Below, piece by piece: positions 48,639 to 58,430 of a stretch of DNA of 64,000 bases. Under the pieces are notes generated by a model. That model was given only the letters and a program-made list of their open reading frames with translations. It ran no database searches and was not told the origin of the DNA. The stretch is taken from NCBI GenBank assembly GCA_965140785.1, contig OZ223497.1, forward strand, positions 32,001-96,000, read 5' to 3'. Every line of letters starts with the position of its first letter. Positions within the stretch are counted from its first letter, which is position 1. This DNA is from an uncultured Ruficoccus sp. GTDB lineage: Bacteria; Verrucomicrobiota; Verrucomicrobiia; Opitutales; Cerasicoccaceae. Position numbers and translations under genes: made by a program.

Positions 48639-49940
48639 TGTATGTACCATTAATTTTTAGGGAGAAGATTTGAAACAACAAGCTTACCTATTACTGAGCA
48701 TGATGGCTGGCTGGATGAACCGTCATCAGCAGCAAGTCATTGAGTATTTGGTCGAGGAGAACCGTATTCTCCGTGAGCAACTCGACATTCACGCCAAGGG
48801 CAAACGCATTCGCTTCAACGCGAACCAACGCAGGCGCTTGGCTGAGAAAGGCCGTTGTCTGGGGCGCAAGATGTTGATGAAGATAGCGACGCTCGTGACA
48901 CCAGAGACGATCTACCGCTGGCATCGCCAGTTCGTCGCAATGGCTTATGGTCCGAAGGGCCGGGATCATTCCGTTGTCCATGCTCGGCGGGCCGAGCGCA
49001 ATGCGCTCATCATCAAGCTGGCGGTTGAGAATTCAGGTTGGGGATACACGCGCATCCAAGGGGTGATGCAGAATCTCGGTTATCCGAAACTGAGTACCTC
49101 GACCATCGGGGAGGTGCTGCGCGAGGCAGGTATTCGCCCGTCGCCGGAGCGTAGCAGCCGTCTGGACTGGAAGACGTTTATACGTGTTCACGCCGATCAA
49201 CTGGCTGCCACTGACTTCTTCATGGTGCCGGTATGGACGTCGCGCGGCCTGGCCATGTATCGGGTGCATTTCGTGATCGACCTGCTGACACGTAAGGTGG
49301 AGATCACGCACATTGGTTGCCAATACTCCGGAGAGTTGATGCTCCAAATTGCCCGGAACCTGACGGATGCGTTCGAGGGATTCCTGACCGGCAAGAAATA
49401 CATGCTGCACGACCGCGACCCTCTCTTTACAAATGCGTTCCGTGAGTTGTTGCGTAGTAGTGGCACTATTCCTTTCAGGCTGCCTGTGTGCATGCCGATG
49501 ATGAACGGTTACGCCGAGTGCTTCGTTAAGTCGATCAAGCGTGAGTGCCTGGACAAGATAATTTTCTTCAGCGAGGCAGCCTTACGGAAAGCCATCAGCG
49601 AATACGTGCTGCATTATCACCACGAAAGACCGCATCAGGGCCGCGATAACCAAATCATCGAGCCGGACGTAGAAACCTTTCGCAATCAAGGCCCGATCCG
49701 AAAAATCGCACACCTCGGAGGGCTTCTGAATCACTACTATCGCGATCCATTACCGAAAATTGACGAAGGGGAGGGTAGGGCCGCATGAGCTTCCCCGACA
49801 GTTACTTTTCTTCAAAAAATGCCCGAGTCCGATGCCCGGGTGACTCCTTTCCCATCGACTCATATGCCCTGAATTGGCAAAATCATGGGCATATGATTTC
49901 GCCCTCCAACCTGCAAACGAAAGGACTTCTGGCACGCGCA
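48639..49940 (+). mobile_element. IS-like element with integrase-core (rve) transposase, IS481/IS3-related
   Basis: TG...CA ends with weak IR (TGTATGTACCATTAA / CTTCTGGCACGCGCA); no clear target duplication. Confidence 0.6.
48670..49788 (+). CDS. Integrase-core DDE transposase
   Basis: YLVEENRILRE, WGYTRIQG, ATDFF, HDRD, NGYAECFVKSIKRECLD, HYHHERPHQG, LGGLLNHY. Confidence 0.9.
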   Translation: MKQQAYLLLSMMAGWMNRHQQQVIEYLVEENRILREQLDIHAKGKRIRFNANQRRRLAEKGRCLGRKMLMKIATLVTPETIYRWHRQFVAMAYGPKGRDHSVVHARRAERNALIIKLAVENSGWGYTRIQGVMQNLGYPKLSTSTIGEVLREAGIRPSPERSSRLDWKTFIRVHADQLAATDFFMVPVWTSRGLAMYRVHFVIDLLTRKVEITHIGCQYSGELMLQIARNLTDAFEGFLTGKKYMLHDRDPLFTNAFRELLRSSGTIPFRLPVCMPMMNGYAECFVKSIKRECLDKIIFFSEAALRKAISEYVLHYHHERPHQGRDNQIIEPDVETFRNQGPIRKIAHLGGLLNHYYRDPLPKIDEGEGRAA

Positions 49941-50077
49941 AGTGACTGAGTGATGCGCGTCAATGCGACTGCGTGCAACGCTACTGATTTAATTGCGCCT
50001 TAACTCGAAAATGAATGAAGTTGCTGTATGTTGGCAATCAGCGACTTAGGTGATGGTGTCCGCGTCCCGCCACCTCC

Positions 50078-50626
50078 AGTGCAGAGGTTATTGCCTTGTC
50101 AACGGATGTGTCTGATGAAAAAGCAGTTGAAAGCTCTATCTCAGCTATCATATCTCAATGGGGTGCGATTGACCTTCTTGTCAATAATGCTGGAGTTGGC
50201 TTCGCGACCGATCTGTCTACTTGCTCGCTGGATGACTATCGCGCGATTTTTGAGACGAATGTGACCGGGGCTTTTCTCTGCACAAGGGCTGTTTTGCCTG
50301 GGATGAAAGAGCGTAAGTCGGGTCACATTATCAATGTTTCCTCGGTGGTTGGGAAAGTGACAAACCCCAATGCCCCTTTGTACTGCGCTAGCAAGCACGC
50401 CTTGAATGGCTTCAGTAATGGACTGGCCCAACAGGTAGCTACAGATGGGATTCGCGTTTCTATCGTTTCTCCCTCTGGGGTGGATACAGCCTACTGGGAT
50501 GGTCGTCAGGTTGACCGCAGTAAACTGCTGAAGGCGGAAGACGTGGCCCGGGCTATTCTGTTTGTCGCAGCACAGCCCGAAGGGGTGCTGATCAAGGACA
50601 TTGATTTAACGGCTTTCAGAAGTTGA
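50078..50626 (+). pseudogene. 5'-truncated SDR oxidoreductase
   Basis: DVSD, NNAG, SS, YCASK present; the N-terminal TGxxxGIG cofactor motif is missing. Confidence 0.75.
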
Positions 50627-50656
50627 GGTTTTATCTACTGACAACTTCAGCAACCG

Positions 50657-50694
50657 AAAAAAGCCCCGAGATGTTAAGTCTCGGGGCTTTCTTT
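50657..50694. terminator. Bidirectional rho-independent terminator
   Basis: AAAAAAGCCCCGAGA-loop-TCTCGGGGCTTTCTTT between convergent genes. Confidence 0.85.
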
Positions 50695-50720
50695 GTGTAA
50701 CGTTGGAGATGTGCAGGAAG

Positions 50721-51650
50721 CTAGTTTGCTTTGGCGGCCTTGATTAGGAAGTGAACCATATATTTTTCCTGGCCGGGTTCGTCTGTATGGCCTGGGTATT
50801 GCAAGTAGCAGGTGGCGTTTTTGTTCTCTGCTACTTCTTTGAACCCAACCCCAAACGCCGCTGAGTGCGTGGCATCGAAATCTCCTGTTTTCGGCGCTTT
50901 TGTGGGGACTCTGTAGTTTAGGTAAACAGGAGGATCCTCTGGGTCGATCAACTCAGCTGGCGAAATATTGGGGTAATACTGTTCATACTTGCTCCGGTTC
51001 TCCAGAAACGAAGCAAAATTTGGTTCCCCGAAGGCATGCCCGCCGTAGTGTAGTTGGTCACCAACCCAGTCGTGCATCTGTTTGGGATCTAGTGATGTTT
51101 GGGCGCTGTAGCAGCCGATGGCGTGTACGCGCGTACTCATCTGCTCGACGGGATCGGCGGCCTCGGGATTTGCCATGTCGGGGGAGAGTCCTAACCAAAG
51201 TGCGCTAAAAGCTCCGGCCGAACCTCCTAAAAGTACCGCATTGTCCGGTAATAGATTCCAATCTGCCGCATGGTAACGAATGTATTGTAGAGCATAGCGG
51301 GCGTCATTGAGGGGCATTAGGACGGGAGGGAATACGCCTGCTTTTTCGGCTTGGGGAATAAAGCGGTAGTTGATGGATATGAAAGCTACCTGATTCTTGA
51401 GAAAATTCTGGAGCAGGTTTGCGTTTATCTTACCGGCTTTGTCGCCATTCATCCACGAGCCACCGTGAATGTACATGACAAAGGGAAATGGGCCATTCCC
51501 ATCGGGGAGGTAGATGTCCATTTTCTGGTTTGTGTCGGTGCCATAGGGGACATCGGCAAAGGTGGGGGAGCGCGTGCCGCTCTCGGTTGCAAAAAGCGTA
51601 GCCGTAAACAGGCAGTACGCCAGGATTTGGGTAGGGATATGCATTCTCAT
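50721..51650 (-). CDS. Secreted alpha/beta hydrolase (carbohydrate esterase-like)
   Basis: Signal peptide; HGGSW, INYR, GGSAG nucleophile elbow. Confidence 0.85.
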   Translation of the reverse strand: MRMHIPTQILAYCLFTATLFATESGTRSPTFADVPYGTDTNQKMDIYLPDGNGPFPFVMYIHGGSWMNGDKAGKINANLLQNFLKNQVAFISINYRFIPQAEKAGVFPPVLMPLNDARYALQYIRYHAADWNLLPDNAVLLGGSAGAFSALWLGLSPDMANPEAADPVEQMSTRVHAIGCYSAQTSLDPKQMHDWVGDQLHYGGHAFGEPNFASFLENRSKYEQYYPNISPAELIDPEDPPVYLNYRVPTKAPKTGDFDATHSAAFGVGFKEVAENKNATCYLQYPGHTDEPGQEKYMVHFLIKAAKAN

Positions 51651-51878
51651 TGTCTTGGTCTTTTTGTTGTGAAATTGGGTGTTTCTGGATGGGGAATTTA
51701 GTTTTTTTTCAGTAGAAGAATAGACAAAAACTAAAAAACAGGATTCGACTTTTAGATTATATGTGAAACGTGAATCTATAAGACGATGTATACTAATGAA
51801 TTAAATAATTAAATCCATTTTGGTGTGTGCAGAATGTACAAAATTGATTTATGGCCTGAAATTTAAGAAAATACTTGA

Positions 51879-51893
51879 ATTTGTACAACAAAT
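51879..51893. promoter_or_regulatory. AraR-like operator
   Basis: ATTTGT-ACA-ACAAAT, close to the B. subtilis AraR consensus ATTTGTACGTACAAAT; 16 bp before the regulator ATG. Confidence 0.55.
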
Positions 51894-51909
51894 AAGAGAG
51901 GGTTTGTGC

Positions 51910-53019
51910 ATGCCGACAACAAGCGCCAAATCAGTCAGGAAGCTCGATTATGTTTTTGACGAACTTACTGGCCGGCTTGCTGCCCGGGAATGGAACGTAG
52001 GTGAACGAATTCCGACGGAAATTGAGCTGGCAAAAGAATACGGATGTGCCCGCGGCACCGTGAACCGAGCGATTGAGCGAATGGTTCACGAGGGGTTGCT
52101 GGAGCGTAAGACGCGATCAGGGACTCGTGTTCTCCGAAACCATATCAGGCAAAATCAGGCTCCGCTCGAATTGGATGCATGCGCACTGATTTATCCGAAT
52201 GAGCTCCATGAGGGGATTCGGCGTATATCCCAGGGCTTTCAGGATGCTGCGGCCAGAGATGGAAGTCGTATCCTCATGATGACGACTGGCCTTGATACCA
52301 AGAAGGAGTCCGAAATGGTTAGTCGCTTGTCGGAGTTTGATGTCAAGGGTGCGGCTATTTTTCCTGTTACGCTCGGCCCGCAAGAACGTCTAGATTTCAC
52401 GCGAATGGTATTGGCGTGTAAGTTCCCGGTTGTCCTTCTTCAGACTTTGATGCCGGATACGGGTTGCTATAGCGTGTCCGTTGACGGCCTCCATGCCGGG
52501 TTTACGATGACTAAGTATCTGCTCGGGCAGGGCCTTCGACGCGTAGGTTTTTTTGGTAATTACGGGTGGTCTCTGCTCATACGTGAAAAGCACACGGGGT
52601 ATCGACAGGCTATGTATGAGGCGGGGCTGGATGATGTTTGCCAGGAGCTCAGCTACTTGCAGTTGGAGATGAATCCCGATTTTGATAAGCCTTCGGATGA
52701 ACCCGAGGAGATTGCTCGTGATTATCTTGAAGCACATCCTGACCTTGAGGCGGTTGTCTGCGCTTCGGATTACATGGCGTTAGGGGTCATGGACGCTGCG
52801 ATAAAGATGGGAAAGCGTGTCCCGGAAGACCTTCGAATTGTTGGTATTGATGGATTTGAGTCAATTAAGCCGCAAGTAGCCCTGACGAGCTACCGTGTTC
52901 CCTATGAGAAGATCGGAGAGCTGTCCTTGGACCTTTTGCATAAGATTATCCGTGGAGAGCAAAGCGGTCTACGTGAAGTACAACTTCGTGGTGAGCTTGT
53001 TGTTCGAGACAGTGGATGA
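51910..53019 (+). CDS. GntR-HTH / LacI-type effector-domain regulator (AraR-like)
   Basis: RIPTEIELAKEYGCARGTV, GTRV; CASDYMALG, VPEDLRIVGIDG, LVVRDS. Confidence 0.9.
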   Translation: MPTTSAKSVRKLDYVFDELTGRLAAREWNVGERIPTEIELAKEYGCARGTVNRAIERMVHEGLLERKTRSGTRVLRNHIRQNQAPLELDACALIYPNELHEGIRRISQGFQDAAARDGSRILMMTTGLDTKKESEMVSRLSEFDVKGAAIFPVTLGPQERLDFTRMVLACKFPVVLLQTLMPDTGCYSVSVDGLHAGFTMTKYLLGQGLRRVGFFGNYGWSLLIREKHTGYRQAMYEAGLDDVCQELSYLQLEMNPDFDKPSDEPEEIARDYLEAHPDLEAVVCASDYMALGVMDAAIKMGKRVPEDLRIVGIDGFESIKPQVALTSYRVPYEKIGELSLDLLHKIIRGEQSGLREVQLRGELVVRDSG

Positions 53020-53070
53020 GCCAACTTTGTTTTAATTTTAACGAAAACGATACCTAAACCCCAATAAATA

Positions 53071-53952
53071 ATGAATATCTCAGTAATTAGTAAATGTGCA
53101 CTAGCATTTTCGCTCACAGTGGCTGCGGCGAGCGCTGCCTCCGCGCAAATTCTTTTTTATGATTTTAATCAGACTGGAAGCTCTGTATCAAGCAGTGGGT
53201 CCGCCGATTACTCGCTGACGATGAGAGACTCCAATGGCGATATTGCAGATCTTCACTCGGCTGAGGGTGGGGGTGTGTCAGGAGCGTCAGATGATCGAGC
53301 ATTCGATAATACAGCGGCATCTGGGATGGGGAGTGCCGGGCAGAAAACAGGCGGATACGCTTATACTTCGTCAGCTATTAGCTCTACGATTGGCGGACTG
53401 GAATCTTTTACGGTAACAGGTTGGTTTAAGTCTGATTCAGTAATTGATAATGCGGCAGGACTAGTCAAATTTACAGCATCGGGAAGTCCAAACGCAGGTG
53501 TCTATGTCTATGCGTCTAATACCGGTAGATTAACCCTTCAAGTAAATGACATAAATGGATCGTATGTGCCCAATTCAGATTATAGTATAACTGACGAATG
53601 GGTGTTCTTTGCCATCACCTATGATGGTACAAAAACCAGTGACAACGTTGATTACTATATTGGTACTTCGACGGAAAGTGTGAGCTTGGCATATACTGCC
53701 ACTCTGGATGCAGGAACCGTAGTCGCTGCAAACACCGGACTAAGCGTTACGGTTAGCTCTCGGCCATACGATGGATATATGGACGACATTGGACTTTATG
53801 GGTCGTATGAGGACGATAGCGGTGTGCTCTCAATGGAGGCATTAGAGGATGCGCGAGCTGCCAGTGTTCCCGAGCCTTCATCCTCTTCGCTTTGTCTTGG
53901 TGCCCTTATCCTTTTAGCGATTGGCTATCGCCGCTTGTGTCGTCGCGATTGA
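53071..53952 (+). CDS. PEP-CTERM protein with LamG/concanavalin-like domain
   Basis: Signal peptide; SFTVTGW, WVFFAITYDG, YDGYMDD; VPEP plus TM plus RR. Confidence 0.85.
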   Translation: MNISVISKCALAFSLTVAAASAASAQILFYDFNQTGSSVSSSGSADYSLTMRDSNGDIADLHSAEGGGVSGASDDRAFDNTAASGMGSAGQKTGGYAYTSSAISSTIGGLESFTVTGWFKSDSVIDNAAGLVKFTASGSPNAGVYVYASNTGRLTLQVNDINGSYVPNSDYSITDEWVFFAITYDGTKTSDNVDYYIGTSTESVSLAYTATLDAGTVVAANTGLSVTVSSRPYDGYMDDIGLYGSYEDDSGVLSMEALEDARAASVPEPSSSSLCLGALILLAIGYRRLCRRD

Positions 53953-54057
53953 TACCCCAGTCGTCGTCCCGTCTCTTGATTTTGGTTAATAAGCAATGAT
54001 GGAGGACACCTTCATCAATAGCTTAGTAATCTACATCCGTAGCCGTTAGGAGATATT

Positions 54058-54717
54058 ATGAATCCACGCGTGGAATATTCGTGCCGACGTTCACAGCCAG
54101 CCTTTTCACTGGTAGAACTGTTGGCGGCAATTGGTGTAATTACTATTCTTGCCGCACTTGTTATTGTGGGCATTAGATCTGCTCGTGTTGCTGCTCAACG
54201 TTCGGAGTGCACGAGTCAGCTACGACAAATTGCCAGCCTCATTCTGTTGAACGCCGCAGATAGTAAGCAGGAGGTGCTTCCGGCGTATTCAGGTATAGCC
54301 GGAGAAACCGCTGGAAGCTATTGGTATGCGCGGACGTCTCCATTGACCAACTACATTGATGAAGATGAGCTTCAGCAACTTGCAGTGTGTCCGGTAAATC
54401 GAACGGATGGTTCGTTGGATGTCGTTGACGGCCTGTATATTCGAAACGACTACGGATATCCCTATGTTCCAAACTACTACGTCATGAAGAGTAACGGTCG
54501 GGATTTGGTGCATTTGAGTGATATAATTGATCCCCCAGGGACCATTCTTATGGCGGATGCAGTGTCAGGTCCGGGGTGGGGCGTTGGTTTTGCGTGGAGC
54601 CAACTTTCAAGAGTCGGAACCCAACACGGTGGTAACACAAATATCCTATGGTGCGATGGGCATGTGTCTTCCATCGATAAAAATGAACTGACGCTGGATA
54701 AGCTTTTATTGGATTAA
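54058..54717 (+). CDS. Prepilin-type N-terminal methylation protein with H-X9-DG C-terminal motif
   Basis: AFSLVELL, C.SQLRQI, HGGNTNILWCDGHV. Confidence 0.9.
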   Translation: MNPRVEYSCRRSQPAFSLVELLAAIGVITILAALVIVGIRSARVAAQRSECTSQLRQIASLILLNAADSKQEVLPAYSGIAGETAGSYWYARTSPLTNYIDEDELQQLAVCPVNRTDGSLDVVDGLYIRNDYGYPYVPNYYVMKSNGRDLVHLSDIIDPPGTILMADAVSGPGWGVGFAWSQLSRVGTQHGGNTNILWCDGHVSSIDKNELTLDKLLLD

Positions 54718-54840
54718 ACTCAGATGAGAGAATGGGTGAAGTCGAACTATGGTCATGGAACTGTATAAGATAAATATACTTATGCTGGGCGAAGTCATGG
54801 CCATAGGTCTGAAAGAAACTAGCGGAGAGCTGGATGTCCG

Positions 54841-56028
54841 ATGATCCCATTGCATAAGCCATCTCTGTTTTCTGTCTGGGATGATCCTGTGAGCGGTGTT
54901 GACAGTTACGTCCTCACCCGACGGATATCGCCCATTCAGCAGTCATTTTATTTTACGTCGCCGAGTGTAAGTGCTGAGGGACGCTACTATATGTTCTACG
55001 TGGCGGACCCGCCCACGGTTGGGCATACGCTAGGGTGTGTGGATTTCCTCACAGGAGAGGTGTATCATATTCCAGGTACACAATTTCGGAGCTGTGTCCC
55101 ATACATGGATTTGGTGAACAATACTCTCTACTGGAGTTCAGGGGTAAACGTCTGGAAGCGTGGCTTAGAGCAGGGTGATGTCGCAGAGAGAGTCAGTGTG
55201 ATTCCCGCGTCGATTACAAGGGGGTATCCAATCTCCTCTGTGGCCACGCACTTCACACAGTCCGCCGATCACCACTATCTGAATATGGACTTTCGTGTCG
55301 GTAACGAATGGCAGGTCGGTCGAATTTCTCTGGATGAAGGTGACGTAGAGCTGTGGCAAAGCTTTCCAAGAGCATACAAGCACAGCCAGTTCTCTCCCAC
55401 AGATCCGGACTTGATGCTCATCGCTCAGGATTTTTATCAGGATTACGAAACAGGTATTTCCTATGGGTATTCAAACCGCCTGTGGACAATTCGTAAAGGG
55501 GAGCCAGCTCAGCCCGTATTCTCCCGCGCCGATGCGTTGGCACCGACGGAGATTGTCATGGTAAACGCTCATACCGGATTTCATTCATATGAGAGCGATC
55601 CTCGCTCCACTTTGGGACATGAGTGGTGGAGTGCCGATGGTCAGTACATCTGGTATGTCCATTATGGGAGGGGAGTTGGGCGAGTTAAGCTCGATACACT
55701 GACGCCTGAACTCCTATGGGCATTGCCTCGCGTGACTCACGCTCATGCTGACAGTAGCGGGCAATACCTTGTGGCTGACAATATCCCGGAGGACGATCCT
55801 GATGATCAGCGTATTATTTTCTTTAACTGTAAAACCGGCAAGACTGTGAACATTGTTTCGGCTTTGCCCGATATGGCCCCATGGCCCGATGAATATCGAA
55901 AATACCATGTGCATCCTCATCCGCACTTCTGCGCTCACGATGCGCTAATTTGCTACACCACAACGGTGATGGGGAGGCCGGATGTCGCTTTCGTAAAAGT
56001 CGATACCTTGATCGAAGCGACCAGCTAA
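54841..56028 (+). CDS. Oligogalacturonate lyase (PL22)-like beta-propeller
   Basis: YFT, HSQFSP, RLW, HEWWS.DG, HVHPHPHF. Confidence 0.7.
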   Translation: MIPLHKPSLFSVWDDPVSGVDSYVLTRRISPIQQSFYFTSPSVSAEGRYYMFYVADPPTVGHTLGCVDFLTGEVYHIPGTQFRSCVPYMDLVNNTLYWSSGVNVWKRGLEQGDVAERVSVIPASITRGYPISSVATHFTQSADHHYLNMDFRVGNEWQVGRISLDEGDVELWQSFPRAYKHSQFSPTDPDLMLIAQDFYQDYETGISYGYSNRLWTIRKGEPAQPVFSRADALAPTEIVMVNAHTGFHSYESDPRSTLGHEWWSADGQYIWYVHYGRGVGRVKLDTLTPELLWALPRVTHAHADSSGQYLVADNIPEDDPDDQRIIFFNCKTGKTVNIVSALPDMAPWPDEYRKYHVHPHPHFCAHDALICYTTTVMGRPDVAFVKVDTLIEATS

Positions 56029-56117
56029 CAGGCTAATAACACATTTTCAGGTAACACGTTGAGCAACGGCATGCGCCGTTGCGAGGCTGTGCGCTAACTT
56101 TTGAGATAGACCAACAG

Positions 56118-58424
56118 ATGCATTTAATTGACTGGATCATAGTAATTGTACCGACACTGGGCATTTTAGGACTGGCTGTCTATTCACGTAAATATGTACG
56201 CGGTGTTGTGGACTTCCTTGCGGCCGGGCGTGTAGCTGGTCGATATGTCATTTCCGTCGGAGACATGACATCTTCGCTCAGCATCATTACCTTGATTGGG
56301 CTGGTAGAAATGAAATACCAGACTGGCTACGGTTTGATGTTTTGGTATAATCTCATCATGCCGGTCAGCATCGTGATGGGCTTGACGGGGTATTGCATTT
56401 ACCGTTTTCGGGAGACGAAATCTCTGTCGATCGGGCAGTTTCTTGAAATGCGCTATAGTAGGCGATTCCGGGTGATTGCAGCTGCACTGCGGACGTGCTC
56501 TGAGATGCTCACTAATGCCATTGGTCCCGCCATTGCCGCCAACTTTTTTATCTACTATCTGGGGCTGCCACATGAGGTTATGATATGGGGGGTACCTCTG
56601 CCGTGCTATGGGATTGTAGTAACGCTGGTCTTGTGCATGGCTATGGTCGTCATCTGGCCAGGCGGAAGAATCTCGCTGTTATTGACCGACTGCTTTCAGG
56701 GGCTGCTCAGCTACCCGGTCTTTGTCATCATAGGCGGATACTTGATTCTGAATATATCATGGAGTGGCGAGATCGCGCCGACCATGCTTGACCGGGCGCC
56801 AGGGCAAAGCTTTCTCAATCCCTTCGATATCTCCGAACTGCGTGACTTTAATGTGTTCGCCTTGTTCGTTCAGGTCGTAGGGCTGGTTTTGAATCGTGCC
56901 AGTTGGATTGGTAATGACACATCGGGCTCAGCGCGAACACCCCATGAGCAGAAGATGGCCGGTTTGCTGGGGGCATGGCGTACCGGGCTATCGACGTTTA
57001 TGTGCATGACCATTGCTGTGCTGGTGATTACGGTTCTGACGCATCGCAACTATGCAGATGAGGCCCGTGAGATTCGCCAGACTCTTTCGGATAAGGTCTC
57101 GGAGAAAGTTGTAGTGGACGATGATGTCCGTAATCAGTTGAAGGATCAAGTAGCCGCGATTCCCGAGCAGCGCCATATCATCGGAGAGGAGGCTCCACTG
57201 TCCCAGCAGAAGAATCTCGATACGGTCTATATTGATACCGCCAGGGATGTGCTAGGTGATGGCCCCGAGGGTAACCGCCAAGTGCAGAACTACCGGACAC
57301 TCTTCTATCAGATGATGATGCCGGTAACATTGAGTCATATCTTTCCCGCCGGGTTGATGGGCCTGTTCTGCTTGCTGATGCTTATGCTGATGTTGTCCAC
57401 GGACGATTCCCGCATCTTCAACTCTGCCTCAACTATTGTGCAGGATGTTATTCTTCCCTATTTGAAAAAGCCGCTTAGCCCTCGCCGACACCTCATGCTG
57501 TTGCGTCTTATTTGTCTGGTTACGGCTATCTTCTTTTGGTGCTTTTCCATGCTCTTCGTGAACTTGGACTACATCAATATGTTCATCACGATCATGACCG
57601 CGATCTGGCTGGGTGGGGCCGGACCGATCATGGTCTTTGGCTTATATAGCCGCTTTGGGACGACCGCCGGGGCATATGCGTCGCTTCTGCTCGGAAGCGG
57701 ATTTTCCATTGCTGGCCTCCTGCTTCAGCGCAATTGGGCAGCTCATGTTTATCCCTTCTTGGACCAGCATGGGTGGGTTGACTCAGTGGGGCACTTTTTC
57801 ATCACCCTCTCCAGTCCGTTTGCTCCCTATGTTGAGTGGAAGATGAGTGCTGTGAAATTCCCGATCAACTCCTACGAACTGTACTTTATGGCGATCATGC
57901 TCGGGATATGTGCCTATATCATTGTCTCGCTTGTAACCTGCAGGAAACCTTACAACCTCGACCGACTCCTGCACCGTGGGCAATACAGCATCGACGGGGC
58001 CAAGCACATCGATACGCCATGGTCCTGGGGAAATGTCTTGAGGAAGATTGTAGGCATCAACCCCGACTATACCCGTGGTGACAGGATTATTGCTTGGGCC
58101 ATTTTCTATTACTCGATTGTCTACAAGTTCGGCCTTTGCTTCGTGCTGGTGCTCGTCTGGAACTTAATCAGCCCATGGCCGAAAGAGTGGTGGAGCGTGT
58201 ATTTCTTTATCGTGTATATCGCTGTGGCGATCTCCATCGGTGCCATCACAACCGTTTGGTTCATGATTGGTGGTATTGTTGATGCGCGGCGGCTTTTTAG
58301 GGATTTGCGTGAACGCGTGGATAATCCACTGGATGACGGTCGCGTTGAGGGTGAAGTCTCCCTCATGGACAAGACAGCTTTTGATGAGTACGAAAATGAC
58401 TCTGCTACTAACAAAAAATCTTAA
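56118..58424 (+). CDS. Sodium:solute symporter family transporter
   Basis: DFLAAGR, QFLEMRYS, LSTDDS, many TM helices. Confidence 0.88.
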   Translation: MHLIDWIIVIVPTLGILGLAVYSRKYVRGVVDFLAAGRVAGRYVISVGDMTSSLSIITLIGLVEMKYQTGYGLMFWYNLIMPVSIVMGLTGYCIYRFRETKSLSIGQFLEMRYSRRFRVIAAALRTCSEMLTNAIGPAIAANFFIYYLGLPHEVMIWGVPLPCYGIVVTLVLCMAMVVIWPGGRISLLLTDCFQGLLSYPVFVIIGGYLILNISWSGEIAPTMLDRAPGQSFLNPFDISELRDFNVFALFVQVVGLVLNRASWIGNDTSGSARTPHEQKMAGLLGAWRTGLSTFMCMTIAVLVITVLTHRNYADEAREIRQTLSDKVSEKVVVDDDVRNQLKDQVAAIPEQRHIIGEEAPLSQQKNLDTVYIDTARDVLGDGPEGNRQVQNYRTLFYQMMMPVTLSHIFPAGLMGLFCLLMLMLMLSTDDSRIFNSASTIVQDVILPYLKKPLSPRRHLMLLRLICLVTAIFFWCFSMLFVNLDYINMFITIMTAIWLGGAGPIMVFGLYSRFGTTAGAYASLLLGSGFSIAGLLLQRNWAAHVYPFLDQHGWVDSVGHFFITLSSPFAPYVEWKMSAVKFPINSYELYFMAIMLGICAYIIVSLVTCRKPYNLDRLLHRGQYSIDGAKHIDTPWSWGNVLRKIVGINPDYTRGDRIIAWAIFYYSIVYKFGLCFVLVLVWNLISPWPKEWWSVYFFIVYIAVAISIGAITTVWFMIGGIVDARRLFRDLRERVDNPLDDGRVEGEVSLMDKTAFDEYENDSATNKKS

Positions 58425-58430
58425 CTGAAC

